Source of the DNA: Trichoplax adhaerens
Taxonomy: Eukaryota > Animalia > Placozoa
Assembly: GCF_000150275.1 (NCBI RefSeq)
Contig: NW_002060945.1
Span: forward strand, 9,192,011 to 9,256,010
Length of the DNA: 64,000 nucleotides
Direction of reading: 5' to 3'
Part shown: positions 13,728 through 26,200 of the stretch, in pieces
How the letters are laid out: each line of letters opens with the position of its first letter
How positions within the stretch are numbered: position 1 is the stretch's first letter
Position numbers and translations under genes: made by a program
The notes under the pieces: model-generated
Database searches by the model: none
Told to the model about the DNA's origin: nothing
The model's input: the letters and a program-made list of their open reading frames with translations, nothing else

Positions 13728-16700
13728 ATGATTGATAAAAACTTACTTCTAGGAGTAGCTCATTTGATCCTAGTAGCAGGTAATGCAGCCATTGCGGTGG
13801 CCGGTTGGATTATCTTAAAAGAGTATAAAAGTGAATACCTTTATGTTGGTATGTTACTTCCATCGATTGGGGTAAGTCAAGTTACACCTTAATAAATCTA
13901 TTATTAATTAGCGCTTAGCTACCAAGATAGCAATTTTATTTGGTATTTACTCTGCTGAATATTAAAAGCGATATTATTTGACCATATTATTACTTTGACT
14001 GATGTCCTTAGTTATAAATTTCGCTGCACATTATGGAGAATTAAAATAATCTATAGGGATATTTAATCATATTTTTACTACACTGATAATCATCAATGAA
14101 TGCGATATAGATTTCCATCATCTTGACGATGATAATCTATTTTGATATTGCTATAGTTAACAGGGGCTGGATTCTCTACTTTTGCCTACCGAATCAAGCC
14201 ACAATGTTTTACGGTAAGCCGATTTTATAATTTCGCATCGGATCAACTGGAATATATGATCCAAACGTACCCGATGTCAATCAAATTTATTTAATAGACT
14301 AACTTTTAACCAAAACTTCTGTCTGACTTATAATTATTTTTTCCATTTATCTTTATTCTAGTTAATTGGTATTATAATTTCATCCGTGCTCTCTGTTATT
14401 GGGGAAATCTATACCATTACTGCTTTCTTTTTCGCATTGGGCCTATATCATTACCATGATAGTGGGCAAATGCTGGCAGTTACTCTAATTACCATTCTGC
14501 TGTCATTGCAAATATTAATCTTCTCAATTTATAACATTGTACGATGTTATCGCCATATGAAAGCTTTATACGCTTGCCGAGAACGCTCTCAAGAACACCA
14601 CAATACTGTTAATGAAAGTGATGAGACGTCGTCGCTTTATACAGATAAATTTTGCTATTCTCCCTCTTCTATTACTTCTTCCTTTAATACTATCGTACAT
14701 AATCATCGAATTATGGGTATTGCACAAATTATTACTGGCACTATTTCATTTGTACTTGGATTAGTATGCTTGTTTGTACTTACAGATGCATTTACTTTGG
14801 CCAATAGCTATTTGGGTGCAATGGTAAGTAGCGTGCATAGCCTAATTATAATGGAGAGCGTTATTGATGTTAATTGATGGTTACTAGTTCGATTCATTCT
14901 TTAGAGGCTATGCATTGGATAAGAGTTTTGCAGTTAGCAATCATGTAATTCTGAAATAGATTTAGAATGCCTAATTTATTGCATAAACACTCTATTTGTA
15001 GGTGATTACATCGGGTGCAGTAACATTATTATCCCATCGATATCCAAAATTATCATCCACGGTAAGTTTAGTATTAGCTATTTACTCGTGCAAAGTACAA
15101 TATGAAACCATTAAAAAACTACTTCAAAATTTAGCAATCTCGTGCATGATTGAATCGAATCAGTATTGCCCCTATGTGTGCATACTTCAAGCAATTGCTA
15201 ATACGTAGAATACGCGTAGATGAAAAACAAGTAGGCATAAGATAAATCTAATTATGTATAACATCAATTCTGAGAACGTTTATTTAAGAAGACTTTAATC
15301 TTTAATGAAATAAATTGATATAGAATGATGCAGAAATGTAATAGAGTAAATTATTTCTGTATATTTCATACAGAAAAAGATTCTAAATTAAATTTATTGG
15401 ATATTTACTCTGCCCATCCTGTATATCTCCTAAAGAAAATGATTACTTTTAATGATGAGAAGATTTGCTCCAATTCCTACAATTTATATAGTCATCACAA
15501 ATGAATAGTTGTAACAAGAATCGAAACTCCTTCGAGCCCACTGTTAGGCTTGTCTTTCTCGATGTTTGCCCATAGCACAGCTCAGAGATACTGACAACCT
15601 CCCATTTTAGTAGGCCACTAAGTATCTACCCTAAAATAAGTTATGAACATAAATTTCATTGAAAATCGGCTAGTGTTTGGTATAGACATATATAAACAAT
15701 CGGTACTTGTAGAAATAACCTTATGAAAGATGGTAATTATCTATACAAATATGTATGAAGTATTAGATGATGATGTTATTATCGAATACAAAATTATTTT
15801 ATCTATTGAAAATAAGATAAAAATTGGTTTATGAAAAGTTATTTCGTGATAACAGTATAAGAATACTGTAAACGATATTTTAAAAATAAATTCGGATGAT
15901 AGATTGAACTGATTACATTTTTCATCTAATCATTTTTAGTCTCTTTGGTCACTCATTTTAACAAGAGCATCATCATTATGGTCCATTTCAACAACCTTTT
16001 CATCTTTACTTTATTACCTATCTACTGCTTTACGCAGGGAAACTCATTTAACTTATACAGTTTTATTTATCATTTCATTATGGGGAGCTGTTGGTAACTT
16101 TATCATCTCTATTTGTATCACTGTTTTAAAAGTTAAGCGCCAACGGTCGCCATTCTTTACATTTATCATCTTTAATCAATTTGGTTCGACAACAACTACT
16201 GGCCAATTAATGATTAGAGCATGTTTCGCTTTTCTTGGATTATTGACTCTAATTGTGGGTGTTGTTGAATCATTTGTTGGCACTTCCTCTCACATTTTCA
16301 TTGCTCTTGCAGTTGGATGCCAAGTAAGTACTCTTGTCAACGTCAGTGCATAAATACGGTAAATGAACTAGTCACTAATCATAGTTACTAGCGGATTGCG
16401 TTATCTCCAACTAGAATCAAGTTACAGAATCTACTAATTGCTTAAATCGAACTTTTTCATAGTTTAGCATAGCAAAGTGTATTGATAATCAATCCAATTT
16501 CAAATTAAATTAAAATACATCATTGCATCATGTTGAGTGATAAATTGTTATTTTATTAGGTTAATACTTTTACTTATCAGTATTACTTCAAAGCTAACTA
16601 CATTAATTAGTAATAATTATAAATTAGTGAATTTTAGTCTATCTCTTCAAGTAAAGTAGCATATAGAAATAATATAGTACTAACTCAATTTTTCAAATTG

Positions 16701-17534
16701 GTAATTAGTTGATTCTAACTGGTCATTTTGGCAATAATCTTGTCATCAAAAATTTAGAAAATGAGGTAAAACATAATTCATCTGGTTTAAAATACATATT
16801 CTATACAATCAATCGATGTTGTAACATTTCACTTGCTTCATTATTTGTTTTACATACTTAATTTTAGGCTATTGCTTATTTTATCTTGTTAACAACATCG
16901 CTGGTCTTTATCGTCGGCTATATTATATTAACCATTGCGGAATTTACTACCTTATTGAGTTTGCAACCACAATTGGTCAACACTGGAGTAGTCGCCATGT
17001 TTTGTGTTAATGAAATTATATTATTGCCAGTGCTTATTATTTGCATATATGAAGCAATAACTTGTGGTCATCAAGTCGGATTATGCTCTAGGGATAAGTT
17101 TTCTGCGGTAAGAATAATTACATCCATTTTCGCGTATAAAATTTCCAAGCAAAATTGAGTTATTCACTGCAAGTATAGAAATATTCATACAGTATCGTAT
17201 ATCATTGCGCTGGAAACGATAAAATAAAATGATAAAGTTAGTTATTAAAAAAGCAATACACCGCCTTAAATTATTATAGGCTGAAAAAGGCAAAATTTAC
17301 AACTAAAGTTGATAATACCCAATTTATATTGATCTATGATCTCGTTTATCGCGATATACACCAAAATGTAAACGGTAAAAATCATTTCTACTGAAGATCA
17401 TTTAGTAATTTTGGCTAAAATTTTCAAATTTCTTCTTCTAGAATTATCATTTGCCGAAAGAACAACCTTGTCAACGAAGTATGGTCGCCATGCATAATGA
17501 TATTAATTTGGAAATAGTGGAGGCCAAGGTCTAA
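13728..17534 (+). CDS. Triple CD20/MS4A-like domain membrane protein (about 12 TM, 498 aa), paralog 2
   Basis: Eight exons, all introns phase 0: 13728-13871, 14157-14213, 14362-14823, 15002-15061, 15940-16323, 16709-16765, 16868-17107, 17442-17534 (TAA). Exon sizes 57/60/384/57 are identical to paralog 1. Shared motifs include LIGII, YLG(S/A), WSLI, E.FVG...H, GCQ|LIL.G..GNNL and IYEAITCG/LYETVITG. Confidence 0.85.
15513..15740. mobile_element. Possible short non-autonomous (HINE/DINE-1-like) element in intron 4 of paralog 2
   Basis: It begins AACAAG followed by a palindrome TCGAA-actcc-TTCGA, contains AAATTTCATTGAAAATCGG, and ends in an imperfect inverted repeat ATAACC...GGTAATTAT. It is locally GC-richer. 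This intron is 878 bp versus 93 bp in paralog 1. Confidence 0.3.
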
Positions 17535-18389
17535 TCTAATGAAAAAATTATTATTTGTAGTCGAATAGTTGTAACCATAATTTTATTTGAAAATGAGAAA
17601 ATCAATGTCTCCTATAAGTTCCAATCGGCTATTATAGATAATATATAATTTCTGATTTTTACATAACTGTTTGAATATATACAGAATACTAAACAAATTT
17701 ATGATATTAATCATTTGTTTATCATTGTTATTAATTCAATATTTTACGAATCGTAAGTAAATTGATAGAGCACGATAATTAGGAAAATATTAATACGTGT
17801 GTTTCTTCTCTTAGCGCTATACATTAGTATGATTAGTTCATTTTTTTATTAATCTGATATTGTATATGTTGATCTCTCTGGATGATTACATTTGCATGTT
17901 ATAGTCAAAATATTGATTCTAAATGTTACCCTCCATGTTCTAAGTTCTATTATTGATTTGGCAGGATTATACTGTTTATAATTTCATCGTTATTCTTATT
18001 TCTGCAGAAGAGAGTACATTAATTCTTGTATCCATTTTCGCTTTTGCAATAGTCGTTGTTTTCCTTGTAAAATTTTTCAACATTTATACCCTGTAGGTTG
18101 ATGAAGATTTTTACCTCTTCATCGATTAATTAATTATACCTTTAAAATGGAATTTGGTTTATCGTATGTTAGCAACTACATTGATTCTATCGTTGTTTTT
18201 AATTGAAGTTGTGCTTCTTTGCAAGCTGTAGAATCAAGTATTGTTGTTATTATACGTTAATTATGACTATGCACATCTACCTTGAAGGATAAACTACTAA
18301 AATATCATTGAATGACTTAATTCTATTTTATAGTTTAACAAGCAATTTTTTTTTTGTAAAATATTACTTCTTTTACATACCTTCTATAC

Positions 18390-20050
18390 TAGTAGGGGGA
18401 AAAATTGATCCTATTCAATAAATTGTTCAATTAATATCTTCGTAGTAAGACAATCTATGTTGACCAAAATGGGTGCTTGGGATAGAATTGCATGTCTTTT
18501 ATCCCTACGGCACATGTTAAATAGTTGTATCACTTGAGTATTGAATCGCTGTATCAATCTAACTATTGCAGACACAATTGTTATGAAAAGTGTCCAGAGC
18601 TGGATCAATCTACGCCATCACAGCTTCTTGTCCTATCACAGAATTGTGCCAAGATTGCCTGGAAGGGATTTATTAAGCAAGATTTGAGTGCTTCCCCCAA
18701 AGAGCCATTACCTTAACCCTAACATATGACATACTGTCCCATATAGTAGTATCATTGATGATACCAGCCGCAATCTTTCAATATTTTAATAGGTTGAATT
18801 GACTATACCATAGTAAATGGTATAGTTGAGTTTACTGCATTTTTTGTCCATATCTTTAAAGTACCATGGACTACAAGAAGAAGGCCTATATTCTGCTAAT
18901 GGTCTGTAAAAGTACACACCACTACTGTTATGAGGTATCATGATGATAGTAGCACCCTGATTATTGTATAGGACGTATGATAAGTTCATTACCATGATGC
19001 AAAGTGGAAATTGCTGCTTGGTCTAAGATATTCATCGTTACCCTTCCATGATCAAGACCATGGCCTAATGCTATGGCTGATTTGATCTCGATGGCTACTT
19101 ACAGCATCGACTGTAGTGTACAGGGCGTATGGAAAGTCATTTGCGATTGGTGCAGTACTGTCGTTGATAATGTACTTTTGGGTGTCTCCTCTTGCTCTCC
19201 CTGTAGTCGCTTTATTTCTCTCCACTTCATACCCTATTTTTCGTATATTATTATTATTTCTGAGCTACTTTATGCCATTACTGTCTACCATACAGTATAA
19301 GCAATCCATCTCTCGACAGGACCCATCGATCAGTGGAAGACTAGCCAAGAATGTGCTTTCCATTTTTGAAAAAGTAACCTTCTATTCATGCTATCCTCCT
19401 TGCTACTGCTGTTTACTGTAAGACTAGCATAGACTAAGAAATACTCGTATAATATCATCTAGTCCATGTCGATGGTCAGAGTAGTTTCAGTGATGGCATT
19501 GCCCTAGTTCATGGATGCCATGATAGAAGAAATAGCTTTTAATTGTATTGCCTGCATGATACTGTGCATTGAAATGGTTTGACGTTCCTTCCATTTGTCG
19601 AGTTCAAGTTCATCTTTCCTGTACAAGGTCATGGCTCAAGCGATTGCACTGTTTCGACACAGTGTAAAGTGTACACGAGAGCCCTTGATGCAATGCGGTA
19701 TAGGCAAAGTTGGCGCATTTCCTCTTCCTTTTTCACCTTGAACAACTCAATGAATATCCTCATCATTTCTATTTTTCTATAATGTACTGCACTGAGTCTG
19801 CATGAATTCATGGCGGAAAAGGTGGCTAGCTCATTTTGCAATTGATGAAGAATTTCTTCTTGCAACATCAGCACAGGCGTTGACCATGCAACAACGCTGT
19901 GACAGTAGTGCCTGGAATGACACTACCACAACTACGTCATCCAACACGCCTGAACATTGTACAAGTCAGCCAGTCGTAGCCCGCTACTGTACTGGATTTC
20001 TATCAAGTCAACCTGTCGTAGAGTAAACACACCGTGGGTGTGATTGGTCA
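18390..20050. other. GC-richer unassigned segment with fragmented ORFs (decayed element or non-coding transcript?)
   Basis: There is a compositional shift from the AT-rich flank and several 60-100 aa ORFs on both strands interrupted by stops. I recognise no domain and could build no consistent spliced model. Confidence 0.2.
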
Positions 20051-20079
20051 GCAGTGACCATTGAACTTCACTCTGAACG

Positions 20080-20990
20080 CACAGTACTGTAGACTGTAGA
20101 CTGTAGACTGTACAGTACTGTACTGGAGTGGTGTACTGTACTGTACGTACCATCCGTACTCTCCGTATCGGTTTTGTTGGGCAAGACTAACAGCAAGACT
20201 GGTCAACACCACAGCGAACGACCCCTTGTTAGTTGTTAGTACTGTACAGTATACTGTAGTAGGAACGTACAGTGTAGAGTCGATGTTATTGCACTGTACT
20301 GTACAGTGTATTGTACTGTACTGTACAGTACAGTACAGTACTGTATTGCAGGTCGTAGTGTACTGTACACTGTAGAGTATGTACTGTAGTACTGTACGCA
20401 GGTTTTGTTGGGCAAGACTGACAGCAAGACTGGTCAGCACCACAGGGAACGACCCCTTGTCTGTACGCAGCATAGTACGAAAGTAGAGGACAGCGTCACG
20501 ACGTCCGTCTCTCCTTGACTAATAGACGGTGTCCCCGGGTGAGTCGATGTTATTAAACTGTACAGTGTACACTGTACAGTAGACTTGTAGTGTACTGTAC
20601 TGTACTATACTGTACTGTACTGTACTGTACAGTATTGCAGGTCGTAGTGTAGTGTACTGTACACTGTAGAGTATGCACTGTAGCACTGCACACAGGTTTT
20701 GTTGGGCAAGACTGACAGCAAGACTGGTCAACACCACAGCGAACGACCCCTTGCCAGTACGAACCATCGTAGGAACGTAGAGGACAGCATCACGACGTCC
20801 GTCTCTCCTTGACTGATAAACGGTGTCCCCGTGTGAGTCGATGGTATTGCACTGTAGACTGGTAGTGTATTGCAAGTGGCGTACAATACAATGTACTGTG
20901 CACGGTAGAGTATGTACTGTAACACAGCGCACGGTCCAGTACTGTACCATACCGTTACTGGGGACAGCGTTGTACTATACTGTAGTCAGC
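20080..20990. repeat. Composite tandem array: 3 copies of a ~59 bp GC-rich core separated by (ACTGT/ACAGT)n microsatellite
   Basis: The core GGTTTTGTTGGGCAAGACT(G/A)ACAGCAAGACTGGTCA(A/G)CACCACAG(C/G)GAACGACCCCTTG occurs at ~20170, 20401 and 20695. The spacers consist of TACTG/TACAG pentamers. Confidence 0.9.
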
Positions 20991-23222
20991 CAACACGACC
21001 GTGCGTCGTTCTTCTCAAACGTCATGTCACAGTCAACCACCAACGACTGGGTCTGAGTACTGGACGACCTGACCCGAGGTACGCGTCGAGTGGACGAATA
21101 TTAGCAGAGATTTTCATTCTTCACTTTGCTCTTGCATGCTGACCTTATTGTGCAAAGAAAAAGAGGAAAAAGGAGGAAAAAATTGATACAACTGCTTGTT
21201 ATTTGGATGGATTAGCAAAGAGTAGAGATTGGTGAGGTCTAATTGATTGTATCTTGAGCCATTTTTGCGCTCATTCAAGAGATCAATCTCATTTTAAGCT
21301 TCATTACCAGCGGACACGCTGCTAGCGGTAGACGCCTGTCAACTGGGATTTTTTTCATTGACTACCCCCCCATTTCGACTGGCGTCATCATTTTGACCAC
21401 TAAGTGGATTCTACCAGCGCCATTGCACTAAATTAGCTTGTAAGTCAAGTTGAAATAAACTGTCTTCGCTGTAATAACCAATATCAAATGGATACCATAA
21501 AATCATTGAGTTAGGAAATGAAAGTCTTTGAAACGTCGATGAAAATCAAGACGTTATTACAGTAGATATTGGATACAGTTGTTCTTCCTTGACGCTTGTC
21601 GACTCGATAACCACGATTGTGCCTGGCCTACAATCTCACTCCATGATGGATACGAACCCAAAAAAAGACTCTCCTACAAGCAGTGATGAGATCAATGAGA
21701 GAAAAAGTTCAATCATGATACTTTTATCTAGATAAACTAATATGTCCAACTTTTAGCATAGGTCGATTGATGACTTTGAAGTTGAATTCTTCTTCTAGTT
21801 ACCAATTTCTTTTTTTTTCGCATTGGCCTCCTTGGACGTACGTACTGTAATTGTATTCAACACTTTGATCAGGACAATCCATTCTTCACTTTTTCTATAG
21901 ATTCATCTTGGCGCTCCAACCTTGACTTCAAATCGATCCAACCTTGCATTGCGTTAATTTGATTGACTCATTCTGTCTTAACCTTATCCGTTTACCTTGG
22001 TTCTATTCTCGTCGAGCCTTGATTTCAATGTGGGTGATATGAGGGATTTTGAGGAATTGGTAAGTTGGCACCCATTCAACCTCCCCAAAATTGTTGCTAT
22101 TTCGATACCGATAATATCATTCGATCGTCCACCAAGGATACTACTTGTGTAATGCTCAATCATAGAGTAGAGAGTACATACAGCTACTAATTTCGCCACA
22201 AGAGCAATCAATACATGCCTTACATCAGTCAACAAAGTGTATTTTTGGGGGCTCTTATTTTCCCCTGCTACAAAATCAAATTGAGCTCTTGCAACGATAG
22301 CAGAAACGTACAGTACTATACAGTATAGAGTCTCCTACCAATACCCCCGTAGATCCGTAATCGATGCCATCGTCAATGGCTCAATGACTTGGGCCGTACG
22401 TAGGCGAGGGGCATCATTGCTTTCTTATGCGATCACATAGCAATATACTCTATACATATTCTACTGGACACTTAACGGATGTCTACTCTAATCGAAACGA
22501 CACCTATTTTACTGTCTACTCTTTTATTACATTACGATTGTTACATTCAAATTTTTGAATATAATCTTGATCGATCAAACTACCATAGACGAGTATTCGT
22601 CATAGGATAAAGTCTATTTTACCTATAGCTTTTGTCAAAATGATACCCACAATTATAGGTGCAGTGTACACTAATACATCAAATCCAATCATATGCTCAA
22701 ATCAATTGTTCTATTCTCAATCTATTTGCTAAATTCTTTACTTTAATGTGTACGTTTATCTTTATAGACAGCATACTTAAAAAAAAAATTGTCCATTTTA
22801 CAAGTCGTGTGTATCGGTCTTGCATGACAAAAATCTTGACAAATGATAATCCTAACAGTTTATCTACTTTATCCTAATCAGTCTCTAAGCTCATCGATAT
22901 CCATGAATGTTGCCATTTTTTATCGTAAAACGATTAAAAATTGAAATTGTACCATATTATCTTTATAGCATGTGCTTTTTTCAATATTCGTGCAGTAATT
23001 AGGCTATATTCCAACTCACAAAGTGGTGTAGTAGCCAGTCGTAGTTACACAATTATACTGTACTGTACAATAACCAACATACGATATGAATGCTGATTTG
23101 GACAACTAGCCTTAAATGTGAATAATTTTCATTCTAGTTTTCTTCTAATGTTGTGGTACTATTGAAATCTTCTATCGTTTAAACTCGAATTCTAAATAGA
23201 TGAGTAATTCTTTTCTATCTAG

Positions 23223-26200
23223 CCACCTATAATCCAAGCCTGCTTTTTTGGCGACCTCGACAAAGTGAGGACGTTATGTATGCAAGGTGATAATGTCAAC
23301 GCACAGGTAAGACAATGTGTCAGTTGATTTCTTTGTCTGTTGATGCTTTAACTCTAGTTGTGATAGTCGAATTTGAAGGAGTGATTCAGCAATGGGTTAT
23401 ATTGTTTTAAACTACGATCATTATTTGATTGCCTTACTATACAACTGTTATGTACTGTTTTTTTTCCCCATAATATAACGTTTACTTAAAGTTATTTCTA
23501 CTTCGAGGATGATAATCAGTATTAATTGTTATGATGATAATTAGAAATAATAATCATGATGGCGATCATGACGAGAAGAAGGATACAAACTGTAAAGCAA
23601 AACTCGAATACCTACTGTACTAGTCGTTCGTCATCATTTGCCAATATTGATAAGTTTGACACTATTTTAGCATCATTCGTTTTCTACTTCCATCGATCTT
23701 TATCACTGCATCATAGCAGTCGTACACAACAGTGCATCACTAAATAAGTGCAGGTCCGTAATTATATTACAGGCAAAGTTATCATTAGCACCGTCTGTAC
23801 AGTATACAGTACTATAATTATGATTTCAAGATTGGACACAATTATGCGTACTATCATATCTAGTTTCGTTTATTGATTAATGATAGCATACTACGCGCTT
23901 GATGTTTTCTATAGAGGCAGTAGTCTGTCTTCTTGTATTCGTTTTACATGACATACATGCACAGGATAATCTCCGTCTATCTTTCTCACTATGATCCCAC
24001 TGTTCATGATTCATACTAGGTATAGTCTATGAAAAATAAAGTATCGAAACACTGTACTATGCCACTAGTACAGTATAGAGCATACAGTATGTAGTTTGAT
24101 CGATGTCTTGCGATGTACTCTACGGTATATTTTGAGTAGTATGTTATCGCCAAGACGAATTAAAATGCATCTTTATTTTAACTAAAAGACAATTCTTTGA
24201 GTTATTACAGTTATTGCGATGCCTTTTCAATCTCTAGGTGAATTAATGACAGACAAACATTTAATTTTCAATTTTCATTTTGCATTTCTTTACTTTAAAC
24301 AATATCATGAAATAATAACTTTCTAAGCGATTGTTAACCCGGAAAAGCTAATTGCCAGACTTGACCTACTCATCAAATTTTAACTGTCCTGACTTGTACT
24401 GTATTAGGCATAAAGTACAGTGTCTGATTTTTTTTTTTTTAATTCGATCAAATGTTTTTCATATATCAAATTTCAACTTGAATTTCACTTATTATTTCAT
24501 TTACTTTATGTATGCAACTTTATTCAGGTCGCTTTTCAGTTCATGTAGGTAGTATCCAAAAGTCTATTACTGTACATAGTTTTCATTCATTGTCCTAATG
24601 GGTATTATACTATACAGTACTGTGTAGTAGTAATTATATCAATTATTGTTACAGTAGGTGCTGTCTAGTTTGGCAAATCCCTCATACCAATATGCTTAGA
24701 TTATCCTAACGGTCTCATGCTAGATGTACAGCATTATTAGAAAGCATCTCTTTCTTGAATATGCCTAGACATCATAAATGTTAATGCTGCAGAATAGCTA
24801 AAAGATTTATCAGACTATTTATCGTTCAATAGACAATGCCCACAGGGTGACTGTAAAATACCGTTACCCCACTGCATCGACTTTTTTTCTTTTACCGCTA
24901 TGATTGAATCGATCCCGGGTAGTGTATCTCGTGTTATGCGCCTTCGCAATCATTTTTATAATAATAATAATAGAGCAAGTACAACAGTTAACTTCCAAAT
25001 GAATGCATATCAACTGTACACTGTACAGTGGGGAGTGAAGGGCAAGAAGCAATCGAAATGTAGCTCCATTAGTAAAATGGTATTCTATTTTATCGATATA
25101 AATACAAATCCTTTATTAAATTATGATATTCCACTAATCCGCATAAGAAGACAGATAGATAAGATGGCCTAATTTAATGACCAACTACTTTGACTATTTC
25201 AATTGTTTGCCTACCACAGTTTTTAACTTAGTAATTTAAGAGCTATTTTTCCCTTTACTTTTTCGACCACTAATAATCAATTTTTTATCCCTCGGATACC
25301 GCAAATTTATCGGTCAATTCGATGATAAATAGTATAATAGTTGAAATCGAAATGAACGATATACAGTATCTTGGAATTTATCTGTAGTAACATCATCTAT
25401 CTATAAGACGATATCGCTATTACAGTATACATTACGTGCGAGCATAACGGTACACTTTTATGCTTCGAGATAACGTTAAGATATTTTCTGACTTAGCCAT
25501 TAGATTTGAGATGCTAATATACCGTACGTACATCTTTGCGGTAATGATCGTTGACAGTATACGTACTGTTTGATAAGATCATCTCTAAAGAGGATAGGAT
25601 CATATGCACATGACCAGCACAGTATACTATTTATAAATCTATTGCAATTCAATAACAAGACTTGTTAGGTCCTAGACAATATCTTGAATTATATTATCAT
25701 AAACTTCAATAATTGTAAACAAGGACAAAAACATACAGTATCCAGAATTGAATACTTTTGAGACACAACTACTGCAGTCTACAGCCGCATAACGTTGTAC
25801 TATTCGTCTATTACTCCAACTATGATATTGTCAGCGTATCGAATCTATAATTTTACCCTACCGTACTGCTTGATCTAGGAATTTTAAATGGAATAGGCCA
25901 TCCCTAAATATGCATATGTCAGCTGTTATCATGTTTGCTGTTAGTAAAGTTTTCATAGTTGACTTTCATCATCAATGATCATTAATACGATATTAATTTT
26001 GATATAACGGTAAAAGTACACTTATGTTCAACCCTTAATATCGATCAATCAAGTCAGTATACTATCTGATCATCTGTTATATGGTCTGTTATTCAGTATT
26101 GGCTTATGTATATAGTCTGATATCAATCCATTATTACTTATTAAGATGTTTTTATAAATAAATATATCAAGTCTTAAGTCTAACTCGCACACTCAACTTA

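Noticed and set aside
18714-18723. TAACCCTAAC resembling a telomerase RNA template
   Set aside because: A 10-mer of this kind is expected by chance in 64 kb. No convincing pseudoknot, CR4/5 or H/ACA domain is visible.
20080-20990. CRISPR-like repeat-spacer appearance and the Y/C/T/V-rich ORFs
   Set aside because: The context is eukaryotic with no cas genes. The spacers are related microsatellite rather than unique sequence, and the ORFs are translations of the pentamer repeat.
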